Below the pieces are notes generated by a model. It did no database searches and was not told where the DNA came from. It saw only the letters and a program-made list of their open reading frames with translations. The position numbers and the translations under genes were made by a program. Shown here one piece after another: positions 35,194-42,068 of a DNA stretch of 46,065 bases (position 1 is its first letter; each line of letters begins with the position of its first letter). Location of the stretch: IMG/VR virus record IMGVR_UViG_3300037470_000435, positions 1 through 46,065 of that record, one strand, 5' to 3'. This stretch comes from a virus (lineage: Duplodnaviria; Caudoviricetes).

Positions 35194-35538
35194 ATGACCT
35201 ACCCGTTCCTCCTCCATACCCTCGGACTCTGGTCCTTGTACCTCATCGCGATGTGGTTGAAGAAGCACCGCGCCCAGATCGAAGCGCGCGGCAAAGTGTT
35301 TGTCGTGACGGCCTATGCCTTCTTCTGGATCGGCTACGTGCTCGACGTGCTCTACAACTATTTCTACGGCTCGATCATGTTCGCCGCGATGCCGGCGAAG
35401 GGTGACTGGACGCTCAGCGCGCGCCTGGAACGCATCCGCGAGAACCCGCTGAATTACACCGCCCGGCAACGGGCACTGGCCGACTTCTTCTGCGAGAAGA
35501 TGTTGAATCCTTACGACCCTTCTGGAAAACACTGCTGA
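35194..35538 (+). CDS. membrane protein
   Basis: Hydrophobic segments, TLSARL, DPSG.HC end. Confidence 0.65.
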   Translation: MTYPFLLHTLGLWSLYLIAMWLKKHRAQIEARGKVFVVTAYAFFWIGYVLDVLYNYFYGSIMFAAMPAKGDWTLSARLERIRENPLNYTARQRALADFFCEKMLNPYDPSGKHC

Positions 35539-35711
35539 TGCAAGACTCAACCAAAACCTCCATTGACGTCGCCTCCATCGGTGTCGGTATCAGTGCTCTC
35601 GTTGACTGGCTCCCGGCTATCGCTGCGGCGTTCACCATCATTTGGACGGCGATTCGAATTTATGAAACCGCAACGGTGCAGGCGGTCTTCGCGCGGTTCA
35701 GAAAGAAGTAA
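35538..35711 (+). CDS. putative holin (57 aa, not in ORF track)
   Basis: MQDSTKTSIDVASIG...WLPAIAAAFTIIWTAIRIYET...RFRKK, directly before lysozyme. Confidence 0.7.
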   Translation: MQDSTKTSIDVASIGVGISALVDWLPAIAAAFTIIWTAIRIYETATVQAVFARFRKK

Positions 35712-35714
35712 GCC

Positions 35715-36143
35715 GTGGACCTAAAAGCAATGATGCAGCAGCTGCTCGAACACGAAGGCGAGCGGCTGATGATGTACAAGGACTCGGTCGGTAAGTGGAC
35801 AGTAGGAGTCGGCCACAACATCGAGGACAAAGGCATCCCCAAGCAAGTCTCGGACCTCTTACTGGAGATCGACCTCGACGAGCATATGGCCGAGCTGGAC
35901 GAGTACCTGCCGTGGTGGAGACAGCTGGACGAGGTCCGGCAGTTGGTGGTTGTCGACATGGCATTCAATCTGGGAGTGAAGCCGCCATTGGGCAAGCTGC
36001 TCGGGTTCAAGAACACGCTGAAGTACATGCAGCAGGGCCTGTATGACCAGGCGGCGGACGGGATGGAGAGCTCCTTGTGGGCGAAACAAGTGGGGAAACG
36101 AGCCAAGCGCTTGGCGCAGATGATGCGAACAGGAGAAGTATGA
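35715..36143 (+). CDS. endolysin, T4-lysozyme-like (GH24)
   Basis: HEG.R...YKD..G..T.GVGH, MAFNLG, S.WAKQV..RA.RL. Confidence 0.9.
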   Translation: MDLKAMMQQLLEHEGERLMMYKDSVGKWTVGVGHNIEDKGIPKQVSDLLLEIDLDEHMAELDEYLPWWRQLDEVRQLVVVDMAFNLGVKPPLGKLLGFKNTLKYMQQGLYDQAADGMESSLWAKQVGKRAKRLAQMMRTGEV

Positions 36144-36346
36144 ACAATTTGGAATACAAAGGATTCAAGTCAACGCGCATGGCGCTGACGTTACTGGGGA
36201 TCTTCCTGGCAACGGCCGAGCTCTCGATGGGCAACGTCACCGGAAGTGAGTGGTTGGACGCACTGAAATGGTTGCTGGGCATCTACGCCAGCAGCGAAGC
36301 CGCGGCGAAAGGCGCCGAGGCAGTACGAGACAGAGGAGTAATGTAA
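36140..36346 (+). CDS. small 2-TM holin-like protein
   Basis: AGGAG RBS; KSTRM + two hydrophobic helices. Confidence 0.6.
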   Translation: MNNLEYKGFKSTRMALTLLGIFLATAELSMGNVTGSEWLDALKWLLGIYASSEAAAKGAEAVRDRGVM

Positions 36347-36786
36347 TGGCGAGTTTTTCTGATGGTATGAAGGGGCTGGTCAACTGGTTGGGCGCACTGG
36401 CCGCGGGTGACCCGGCGCCGGTTGTCAGTGCCGGCTACAACGGCGAAGTTTACACCTTCCGTCTCCCCGCCGCGGTGACGGTCTATGCGCGCGCGACGAA
36501 TGGCGCGGAGTTGGAGGCCGTGGGCGGTTTCCGTGAGTGGGAAGTCATGTTCCTGCCGACCGCCGCCTTCACCAACGAGAAGAAAGCGCTGGTGACATTC
36601 AGCGCACCGTCCGAGGCCGTGGCGAACTCCTGGCTGTCCGATACCGGCGGCCAGAGTTTTCCCGTGATGAACGTGCCGATCCGGCTGGGCGTGTGGGAAG
36701 GTCCGTTCTTTTCGAATACGCCCATTAATTGGGCGGATGTAGACCCAGACGTGGATGGGCAGTTCTTCATCCGGGGGGTGGTGTGA
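36346..36786 (+). CDS. hypothetical protein
   Basis: GAGGAG RBS, start MASFSDG. Confidence 0.6.
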   Translation: MASFSDGMKGLVNWLGALAAGDPAPVVSAGYNGEVYTFRLPAAVTVYARATNGAELEAVGGFREWEVMFLPTAAFTNEKKALVTFSAPSEAVANSWLSDTGGQSFPVMNVPIRLGVWEGPFFSNTPINWADVDPDVDGQFFIRGVV

Positions 36787-37535
36787 TGCTACAGACCAAC
36801 GTACCTGAAGCGATGATGACCGAGGCGCAGCTTCCGCCAAACACAGACATCTTCGACACGCTGCTTTCGCTGTTCCAGTGCAAGGAGCGCAGCCCGGACA
36901 CGTCCATCGCCGACGCTATCAACAGCGGCGTGATCTGGACGCCCAGCGATGCGCTGGGGTTCACGACTGACTATGGCGTTGACATAGGCAATGGGGGGTC
37001 GGCCATCGTAGCCACCACCGGCGGCTCTGGTATCCCCAGCATCGCCAGCGGGTTCTTCCTCATGGCCGGCGTGATGACCTTTGAGGATAACGTGGCGACG
37101 GGTGGTTTGAGTATGTGCAGTTATGGCGACATGCTTAATTCAGTAAATCCTTACTTGGGCATCTACAACCCGGGGGGCGGCAGCACCAACATGATAGCGA
37201 CTTCGGGAGCGGCGACAGCCACTATCGCTACCGGCGGCATCAACACGACGCCTCGTGGGTTCGCCATTGCGGGCGAGATCGGTGCTAGCAAGACGCTTAC
37301 TGTGGCAATCGATGGCGCAGCGCCGGTGGAAAGCGCCCCCGCGACCATCGACGCGCTCAACTGGGATGCGGCCTCTAACTTCTTTTTGCAGCGTACCACG
37401 TTGTCCCTGTGCTTCCTGATGGCACCGACGCGGCGACCGCACAATCTGTTTCTGCGCGCGCTGGCGGACTGGCTCAAGTACAACGTCATCACCGGCGGCA
37501 ACAAGACGCTGTATCCGCTGTTGAAGGGCCGCTAA
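36786..37535 (+). CDS. hypothetical beta-rich (possibly lectin-like) protein
   Basis: Coupled ORF, Gly/Thr-rich. Confidence 0.55.
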   Translation: MLQTNVPEAMMTEAQLPPNTDIFDTLLSLFQCKERSPDTSIADAINSGVIWTPSDALGFTTDYGVDIGNGGSAIVATTGGSGIPSIASGFFLMAGVMTFEDNVATGGLSMCSYGDMLNSVNPYLGIYNPGGGSTNMIATSGAATATIATGGINTTPRGFAIAGEIGASKTLTVAIDGAAPVESAPATIDALNWDAASNFFLQRTTLSLCFLMAPTRRPHNLFLRALADWLKYNVITGGNKTLYPLLKGR

Positions 37536-39170
37536 ATGGAGTTTGCCTCCCGGCAGGTTTTCGGTATCCGGCTGAGCAAGGCCACGGCGAGTACCGCCGT
37601 GATCGGCGTGGCGACGGAGAGCAACGCCACCTGCGTCGTCACCTGCAATGGCGTGGAGTTCACAATCAATACCGGGGATTTCGTGGCGGTCGGCGCTGAC
37701 GCCCCAGCACCGGGTAAATCTCGCGCCTGTTACGTCGGGCATGTAGCGCTGACAGGACTCAACGCCTTTCCTGCGAAGAACACCTACAGCGTGGCACAGG
37801 GAGCTAACACCCTGTCGGTAGACGATAAAGGCGTGCCGCTCTGGTTCCGCGCCTCGCCCGCCATCAATGATGATTTCTCGGTGTTCGGTTACGGCTGCCA
37901 CGCTCGCGTGGATCATGCTGGATATTTTACACATACACGAACGTACATCGAGGGCGAGACAGCGCCCTATTGTTCCGATGTGTTCGGCATCGACGATGTG
38001 ATTCTGTATGGTGACACCGCCAACGTTGACGACAGTGCTGGCACCGGGCACGTCCACCAAAGCAGCAACCCAACGTCCGAATACGACATGGCGCTAGTGT
38101 ATATGGCGTGGATGTCGATGCTGGAGGACACCGCTGAGGCGTCATTCGCAGTGGCGCAAGGCCGCGAAAAAGACTTTGTCTGGGTCACGCAGCATGTCGT
38201 GATGCGTTTCCAGCAAGGCGACCATGAATACGCCGACGACCTCGGCGTGCCGACTTATGGCGTATCCTGCCTGACGTATCCCAGCCCGCGCTGGGCCAGT
38301 GTTGGCGTACCGAGTGGGATGGCGGCGTGCTGGGATAAGTTCATTGACCCGCTGAATGACTACACCATCCGCAACCGCGACACAGCTTCGAGACATTGGG
38401 CGGTGACCATTGGCTGCGCCACGTTCTTCGCGCCGGACGGTTATAGTGTGTCGGACGCAGCCACGGTGCGCTACGGCAACAATCAGATTCTCGACATCCT
38501 CGATGGCATTAATAATGATTCGGCGTTTAAAATAGAATTGTCCGGCGATTCCGCCCGTAAGCTCGACCCGGCGGGGGCGAATCGGGCCAACGGCAACGCG
38601 CAGCAGCCGCTATTCGACACCTGGCTGTCGGAATATAAGACGCTGTACACACGCGTCGGGCAAACGCCGAAGTCCATCATGGACAACCCTAAGACCAATG
38701 GTCTGCAGGGGGTATACCTGCGCTGGCACGTGGCTGACATGCATCGGCCGCAATCCACCTATCACTTCGCCCCGGCCTACAACGATGGGGTGAACGATCA
38801 CGCCGAGGAATGTTTCTGCGAACTTGGTGCTGGCACGGTGAATGGCTCCGGCAATTTTGCAATCGCCGCAGCGGCGCACGAAGCCCTCAACCCTGACACG
38901 CCGGTTACTTACGCCAAGTGCCGACTGGACTACGATCCTGGCCCGACGTGGACTTTTTTGGGTGATCCTAGCCGCTGGCACGGCACCCGCGCCGATTTCT
39001 ACGGCAGCCGTGGCTGGAAGGAAATGTACGTCTATCTGTTTGATGAGAGCAATACGGTGGTGCATACCCGGCATCTGCTGGAACGCAGCAGCAACGAACC
39101 CTTCCCGAACGATTGGGTGCTGCCGAAGATCACCACGCCGATCTCAAACAAAGGCAGGAAGCGGACATGA
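37536..39170 (+). CDS. PhoD-like metallophosphoesterase with N-terminal Fn3-like region
   Basis: FGYGC, DDVILYGD, GDHEYADD, ADMH motifs in PhoD order. Confidence 0.55.
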   Translation: MEFASRQVFGIRLSKATASTAVIGVATESNATCVVTCNGVEFTINTGDFVAVGADAPAPGKSRACYVGHVALTGLNAFPAKNTYSVAQGANTLSVDDKGVPLWFRASPAINDDFSVFGYGCHARVDHAGYFTHTRTYIEGETAPYCSDVFGIDDVILYGDTANVDDSAGTGHVHQSSNPTSEYDMALVYMAWMSMLEDTAEASFAVAQGREKDFVWVTQHVVMRFQQGDHEYADDLGVPTYGVSCLTYPSPRWASVGVPSGMAACWDKFIDPLNDYTIRNRDTASRHWAVTIGCATFFAPDGYSVSDAATVRYGNNQILDILDGINNDSAFKIELSGDSARKLDPAGANRANGNAQQPLFDTWLSEYKTLYTRVGQTPKSIMDNPKTNGLQGVYLRWHVADMHRPQSTYHFAPAYNDGVNDHAEECFCELGAGTVNGSGNFAIAAAAHEALNPDTPVTYAKCRLDYDPGPTWTFLGDPSRWHGTRADFYGSRGWKEMYVYLFDESNTVVHTRHLLERSSNEPFPNDWVLPKITTPISNKGRKRT

Positions 39171-39427
39171 CCCGCTACGCCCTCATTGCCGCTCTGGTTC
39201 TCGCCGCCTTTTTCAAGTGGCAGGCGATGACCTGCGACACGCAGTTGGCCAAGTCACGCGGTCACGTAGCAACTCAGAACGAAGCCGCCAGCACCGCGGC
39301 CGCCCAGGGGGAGACCCTGGCGGCCCAGAGCGAAGCGGCTGCGCGCAAGGCCCAAGCCGAGCACGCCAAGAAGCGGATCGAAGGACACGGACCCGATGCA
39401 CTTAACAAATTTTTTGCTGAGCTGTAG
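39167..39427 (+). CDS. i-spanin (Rz-like)
   Basis: N-terminal TM, coiled-coil, overlaps lipoprotein gene. Confidence 0.7.
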   Translation: MTRYALIAALVLAAFFKWQAMTCDTQLAKSRGHVATQNEAASTAAAQGETLAAQSEAAARKAQAEHAKKRIEGHGPDALNKFFAEL

Positions 39428-39665
39428 CCTCCTGCTGGCCGGTTGCGGCGGTACGCAGCTCGTCAAGGTTGAGGTTCCGACCAAGATCCACCCACCGGCC
39501 GACCTGGTGGAGCCGCTGAGCAAAGAACACCGCCCGACGTTCGTGTATCCGAATGATTCTGGCGCAAGCAGCTGCCTGACGCCAGAGGGCGAGCGGCAGC
39601 TGCGTGAACTGTTCTTGGAACTGCTAGGGAAGTACGAGGCACTGAGGGCATGGGCTATCGACTGA
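39396..39665 (+). CDS. o-spanin (Rz1-like lipoprotein)
   Basis: LLLAG-C lipobox, Pro-rich. Confidence 0.7.
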   Translation: MHLTNFLLSCSLLLAGCGGTQLVKVEVPTKIHPPADLVEPLSKEHRPTFVYPNDSGASSCLTPEGERQLRELFLELLGKYEALRAWAID

Positions 39666-39946
39666 GGGTGTTGATGCTGGCGTTGACCCTGGGCTTAGTT
39701 TCTCAGGACTCAGTCGCTGCGGCCGAACTTACCGTCGTCCAGCATTGCGGTGTTCCGGTGCTCTACATTGGGACGCTCGATGGGACCACGATCTACGTGA
39801 CTCAGTACGAGGTTAAGACGTACCCAGTCTTTGCGGAGTTCTTGTCGAAGATCATCCGGGAGCTGACGCTCATCAACATCGAGCCGCAGATCAACGGGAT
39901 TAAGATCGAGCAAATCAGCGGTATCCACTGCCCCATCCGCGTGTGA
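39650..39946 (+). CDS. hypothetical exported protein (start uncertain)
   Basis: Signal-peptide-like N-terminus, two Cys. Confidence 0.5.
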   Translation: MGYRLRVLMLALTLGLVSQDSVAAAELTVVQHCGVPVLYIGTLDGTTIYVTQYEVKTYPVFAEFLSKIIRELTLINIEPQINGIKIEQISGIHCPIRV

Positions 39947-39954
39947 AAAAATAG

Positions 39955-39985
39955 ATTGCAGCCCGCCCACGACCTATGAGACTAT
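39955..39985 (+). promoter_or_regulatory. box promoter of tRNA array
   Basis: ATTGCAGCCCGCC-12(TGa)-GACTAT, 8 nt before tRNA-Gly. Confidence 0.55.
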
Positions 39986-39993
39986 CCGTGCTT

Positions 39994-40068
39994 GCATCCT
40001 AAGTGTTGTTGGCGGCACGACGGTCTTCCAAACCGTAGGCGTCGGATCGTAACCGACAGGACGCTCCA
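39994..40068 (+). tRNA. tRNA-Gly(TCC), atypical T-loop
   Basis: ACGGT-CT-TCC-AA-ACCGT; GTCGG-ATCGTAA-CCGAC; U73, CCA. Confidence 0.8.
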
Positions 40069-40074
40069 GATTAT

Positions 40075-40152
40075 ATGAAACGAACCTTTACACAGACGCA
40101 ACCCAATCATCCGGCGGCCAGAGGCCCCTCGGAGGTTTATCATGCGTCCTGA
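40075..40152 (+). CDS. putative attenuator leader peptide MKRTFTQTQPNHPAARGPSEVYHAS
   Basis: 25 codons; overlaps antiterminator strand; composition matches downstream tRNAs. Confidence 0.7.
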   Translation: MKRTFTQTQPNHPAARGPSEVYHAS

Positions 40153-40211
40153 GTAATCGTACTCACACCAGATGAACACCGAGGGGCCTCCAAAAGAGGC
40201 CCCTTTGTTTT
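40121..40211 (+). promoter_or_regulatory. mutually exclusive antiterminator/terminator (attenuator)
   Basis: 40121-40132 pairs 12/12 with 40179-40190; 40182-40190 alternatively pairs with 40196-40204 followed by TTGTTTT. Confidence 0.85.
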
Positions 40212-40286
40212 GGGCTTGTAGTGATAATGGGAGCACATCTGCCTTGCAAGCAGAAGGTCAGGGTTCGATTCCCTGCTGGTCCACCA
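40212..40286 (+). tRNA. tRNA-Ala(TGC)
   Basis: TCTGC-CT-TGC-AA-GCAGA, G3-U70, A73, CCA. Confidence 0.9.
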
Positions 40287-40342
40287 GTTTTGAACGTACA
40301 TATGCTTACTGCCGTGTATGTTTTGTAAGCATATAGCTTTAC

Positions 40343-40419
40343 GCCCGATTAGCTCAGTAGGTAGAGCAGCTGCCTTGTAAGCAGAAGGTCGCAGGTTCGA
40401 TTCCGTGCATTGGGCACCA
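40343..40419 (+). tRNA. tRNA-Thr(TGT)
   Basis: CTGC-CT-TGT-AA-GCAG; bulged T stem; CCA. Confidence 0.9.
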
Positions 40420-40424
40420 GTTAT

Positions 40425-40499
40425 CAGCGTGTAAGTCAACAGCAGACGGCCGAGCTTGGAACTCGGAGGCAGCTGGGGCAGCACCAGCCACGCTGACCA
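40425..40499 (+). tRNA. tRNA-Pro(TGG), non-canonical D/T loops
   Basis: CAGCGTG/CACGCTG, CCGAG-CT-TGG-AA-CTCGG, T-loop GGCAGCA, CCA. Confidence 0.8.
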
Positions 40500-40502
40500 T
40501 TT

Positions 40503-40578
40503 TGGCGTGTAGCTCAGCAGGCAGAGCAGCGGATTGTTAATCCGCCGGTCGCTGGTTCGATCCCAGCTGCGCCAGCCA
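40503..40578 (+). tRNA. tRNA-Asn(GTT)
   Basis: GCGGA-TT-GTT-AA-TCCGC, G73, CCA. Confidence 0.92.
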
Positions 40579-40583
40579 GTTAC

Positions 40584-40660
40584 GGCGATATGTAGCTCAA
40601 TTGGCAGAGCCCTCGACTGTGAATCGAGAAGGTGCGGGTTCAAGGCCCGTCGATCACCCA
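40584..40660 (+). tRNA. tRNA-His(GTG), irregular acceptor stem
   Basis: CTCGA-CT-GTG-AA-TCGAG; GCGGG-TTCAAGG-CCCGT. Confidence 0.8.
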
Positions 40661-40665
40661 ATTAT

Positions 40666-40739
40666 TGACTTGTCGTCTAATGGCAGGACAGGAGGTTTTG
40701 GCCCTCCCAATGCAGGTTCGAGTCCTGCCGGGTCAACCA
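40666..40739 (+). tRNA. tRNA-Gln(TTG)
   Basis: TGACTTG/CGGGTCA, GGAGG-TT-TTG-GC-CCTCC, CCA. Confidence 0.9.
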
Positions 40740-40740
40740 G

Positions 40741-40977
40741 TTACTTCTTGAACTTGTACCAGCCCTCGCCCTTCATGCAGGTCTCGAAACGCCGTTTATT
40801 CGTGCGCTGGCCGGGAGGAATGTACCCGCCACCGGCGTAGAGCTCCTGGCTGATCGATTCGCAGCGTGAGACGTCCGCGTAGTACTGTTGTTGCGATTTG
40901 CCAGAGCCGGAAGCCCACTGGTAGTTGTTGGCACAACCGGCCAGTAGCACGACGGCGACGAACTGAGCGAACTTCAT
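40741..40977 (-). CDS. small lipoprotein
   Basis: LLAG-C lipobox, two further Cys; GGAGG RBS. Confidence 0.75.
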   Translation of the reverse strand: MKFAQFVAVVLLAGCANNYQWASGSGKSQQQYYADVSRCESISQELYAGGGYIPPGQRTNKRRFETCMKGEGWYKFKK

Positions 40978-41261
40978 TCAGAGCCTCCCATGAGCGGCAT
41001 CCAAGCGTTGACAATTTTATCGTTATCGACTTCAAACCACACCAGCACATGAACCGGAGTTGTAGTGCCGGGGACTGGCTCAACCAGTAGCAGGTACTCG
41101 TGGACGCTGCGCTTGCTGCCGGTGCAAGCCCGGATTTCGCGCGGCGGACCCCAGTCGGTATGCAGCTTGGCCACGGGGCAGCCTATCCACGGTATAACCC
41201 GTAGGGCCAGAACGGAAGCGGCGTGGATACTGAGCGACTGATCCGGCATGGCGCGCATCAT
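40974..41261 (-). CDS. hypothetical protein
   Basis: WIG...L...WGPP motif; ATGA overlap with lipoprotein. Confidence 0.55.
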   Translation of the reverse strand: MMRAMPDQSLSIHAASVLALRVIPWIGCPVAKLHTDWGPPREIRACTGSKRSVHEYLLLVEPVPGTTTPVHVLVWFEVDNDKIVNAWMPLMGGSE

Positions 41262-41285
41262 CTACGATTTTAGACCTAATCGCAA

Positions 41286-41469
41286 GTACGTCCCGTTTTT
41301 GTCCCGGCGCCCGCGAAACTAGCTTAAATCAAGCCATTTGCCGCGCTCTTTCACGGCTATGTCCCCGCCACAGCGGGCTTGTTTTAGGCTGTTTTTATAA
41401 GGCCTAGGACGAGCGAATGGTACTGTTTGGTATAGTTTGACGACGGGTTTGTCCCAAATGTCCCACACC
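41286..41469. mobile_element. attP site
   Basis: Non-coding; five (T)GTCCC arm-type repeats (41290, 41300, 41360, 41450, 41459); IHF-like AATCAAGCCATTT; core GCT-CTTTCAC-GGC 41345-41357. Confidence 0.7.
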
Positions 41470-41482
41470 ATATATGTGGGTA

Positions 41483-41932
41483 TTACGCTGCGAGTTTGTT
41501 GCCTTTGGAGAGATTTTCGACTGCGGGGATGTTGCGGAGGTTGTACTCAACATGAAGGCCGCAGACGTTGTGGCCTTTGAGAGGAACGATATGGTCGGTG
41601 TGTTCGCCCGGTTTACGGGCGGCGTAGATCGCCGCGATGGCATTTAGATCGGCCCAGGCTGGGGTGGCGCGGAGCGTGTGGGCGCGGCGGAGGGCACGAC
41701 GGGAGACGAATACTGCGGGGTTGGCGTCGTATCTTAGGCGCTGTGTGTATGCGCGGCGGGCTCGGTTTGCTTTGTGCCAACTCGTAGCCCGCTCCGGGTA
41801 CTTCTGGCGGTGCTTCTTCATGTTGGCTGAGTGGCACGACCGGCACCACCAAAACAATCCGTCTTTCGCTTGCCTGTTCGGTGAGAACTCGGCGTGGTCT
41901 TTGTGCGCTTCGCACTTGGGGCACCATTTCAC
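41483..41932 (-). CDS. HNH endonuclease copy 5 (different Zn-finger N-terminus)
   Basis: KWCPKC..F......DGL..WCRSC; ATPAWA, HTDHIVPLKG.NVCGLHV. Confidence 0.9.
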   Translation of the reverse strand: MKWCPKCEAHKDHAEFSPNRQAKDGLFWWCRSCHSANMKKHRQKYPERATSWHKANRARRAYTQRLRYDANPAVFVSRRALRRAHTLRATPAWADLNAIAAIYAARKPGEHTDHIVPLKGHNVCGLHVEYNLRNIPAVENLSKGNKLAA

Positions 41933-41938
41933 CCATCC

Positions 41939-41969
41939 AGCTTACGTATCTGGTTGAGTGGGCTGCCTA
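41939..41969 (-). promoter_or_regulatory. TAGGCAGCCCA-box promoter of HNH copy 5
   Basis: TAGGCAGCCCACT-12-TAAGCT-6nt-GTG. Confidence 0.7.
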
Positions 41970-41991
41970 ATTCTTGTACGCTTCGCGCCTC
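41954..41991 (+). promoter_or_regulatory. host-type sigma70 stable-RNA promoter for tRNA-Glu
   Basis: TTGAGT-17-TACGCT then GC-rich discriminator TCGCGCCTC. Confidence 0.65.
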
Positions 41992-42067
41992 GTCCCCTTC
42001 GTCTAGAGGCCTAGGACCTCGGGTTTTCAGTCCGATTACACCGGTTCGAATCCGGTAGGGGACGCCA
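41992..42067 (+). tRNA. tRNA-Glu(TTC)
   Basis: GTCCCCTTCGTCTAGAGGCCTAGGAC...TCGGG-TT-TTC-AG-TCCGA...AGGGGAC-G-CCA. Confidence 0.95.
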
Positions 42068-42068
42068 A

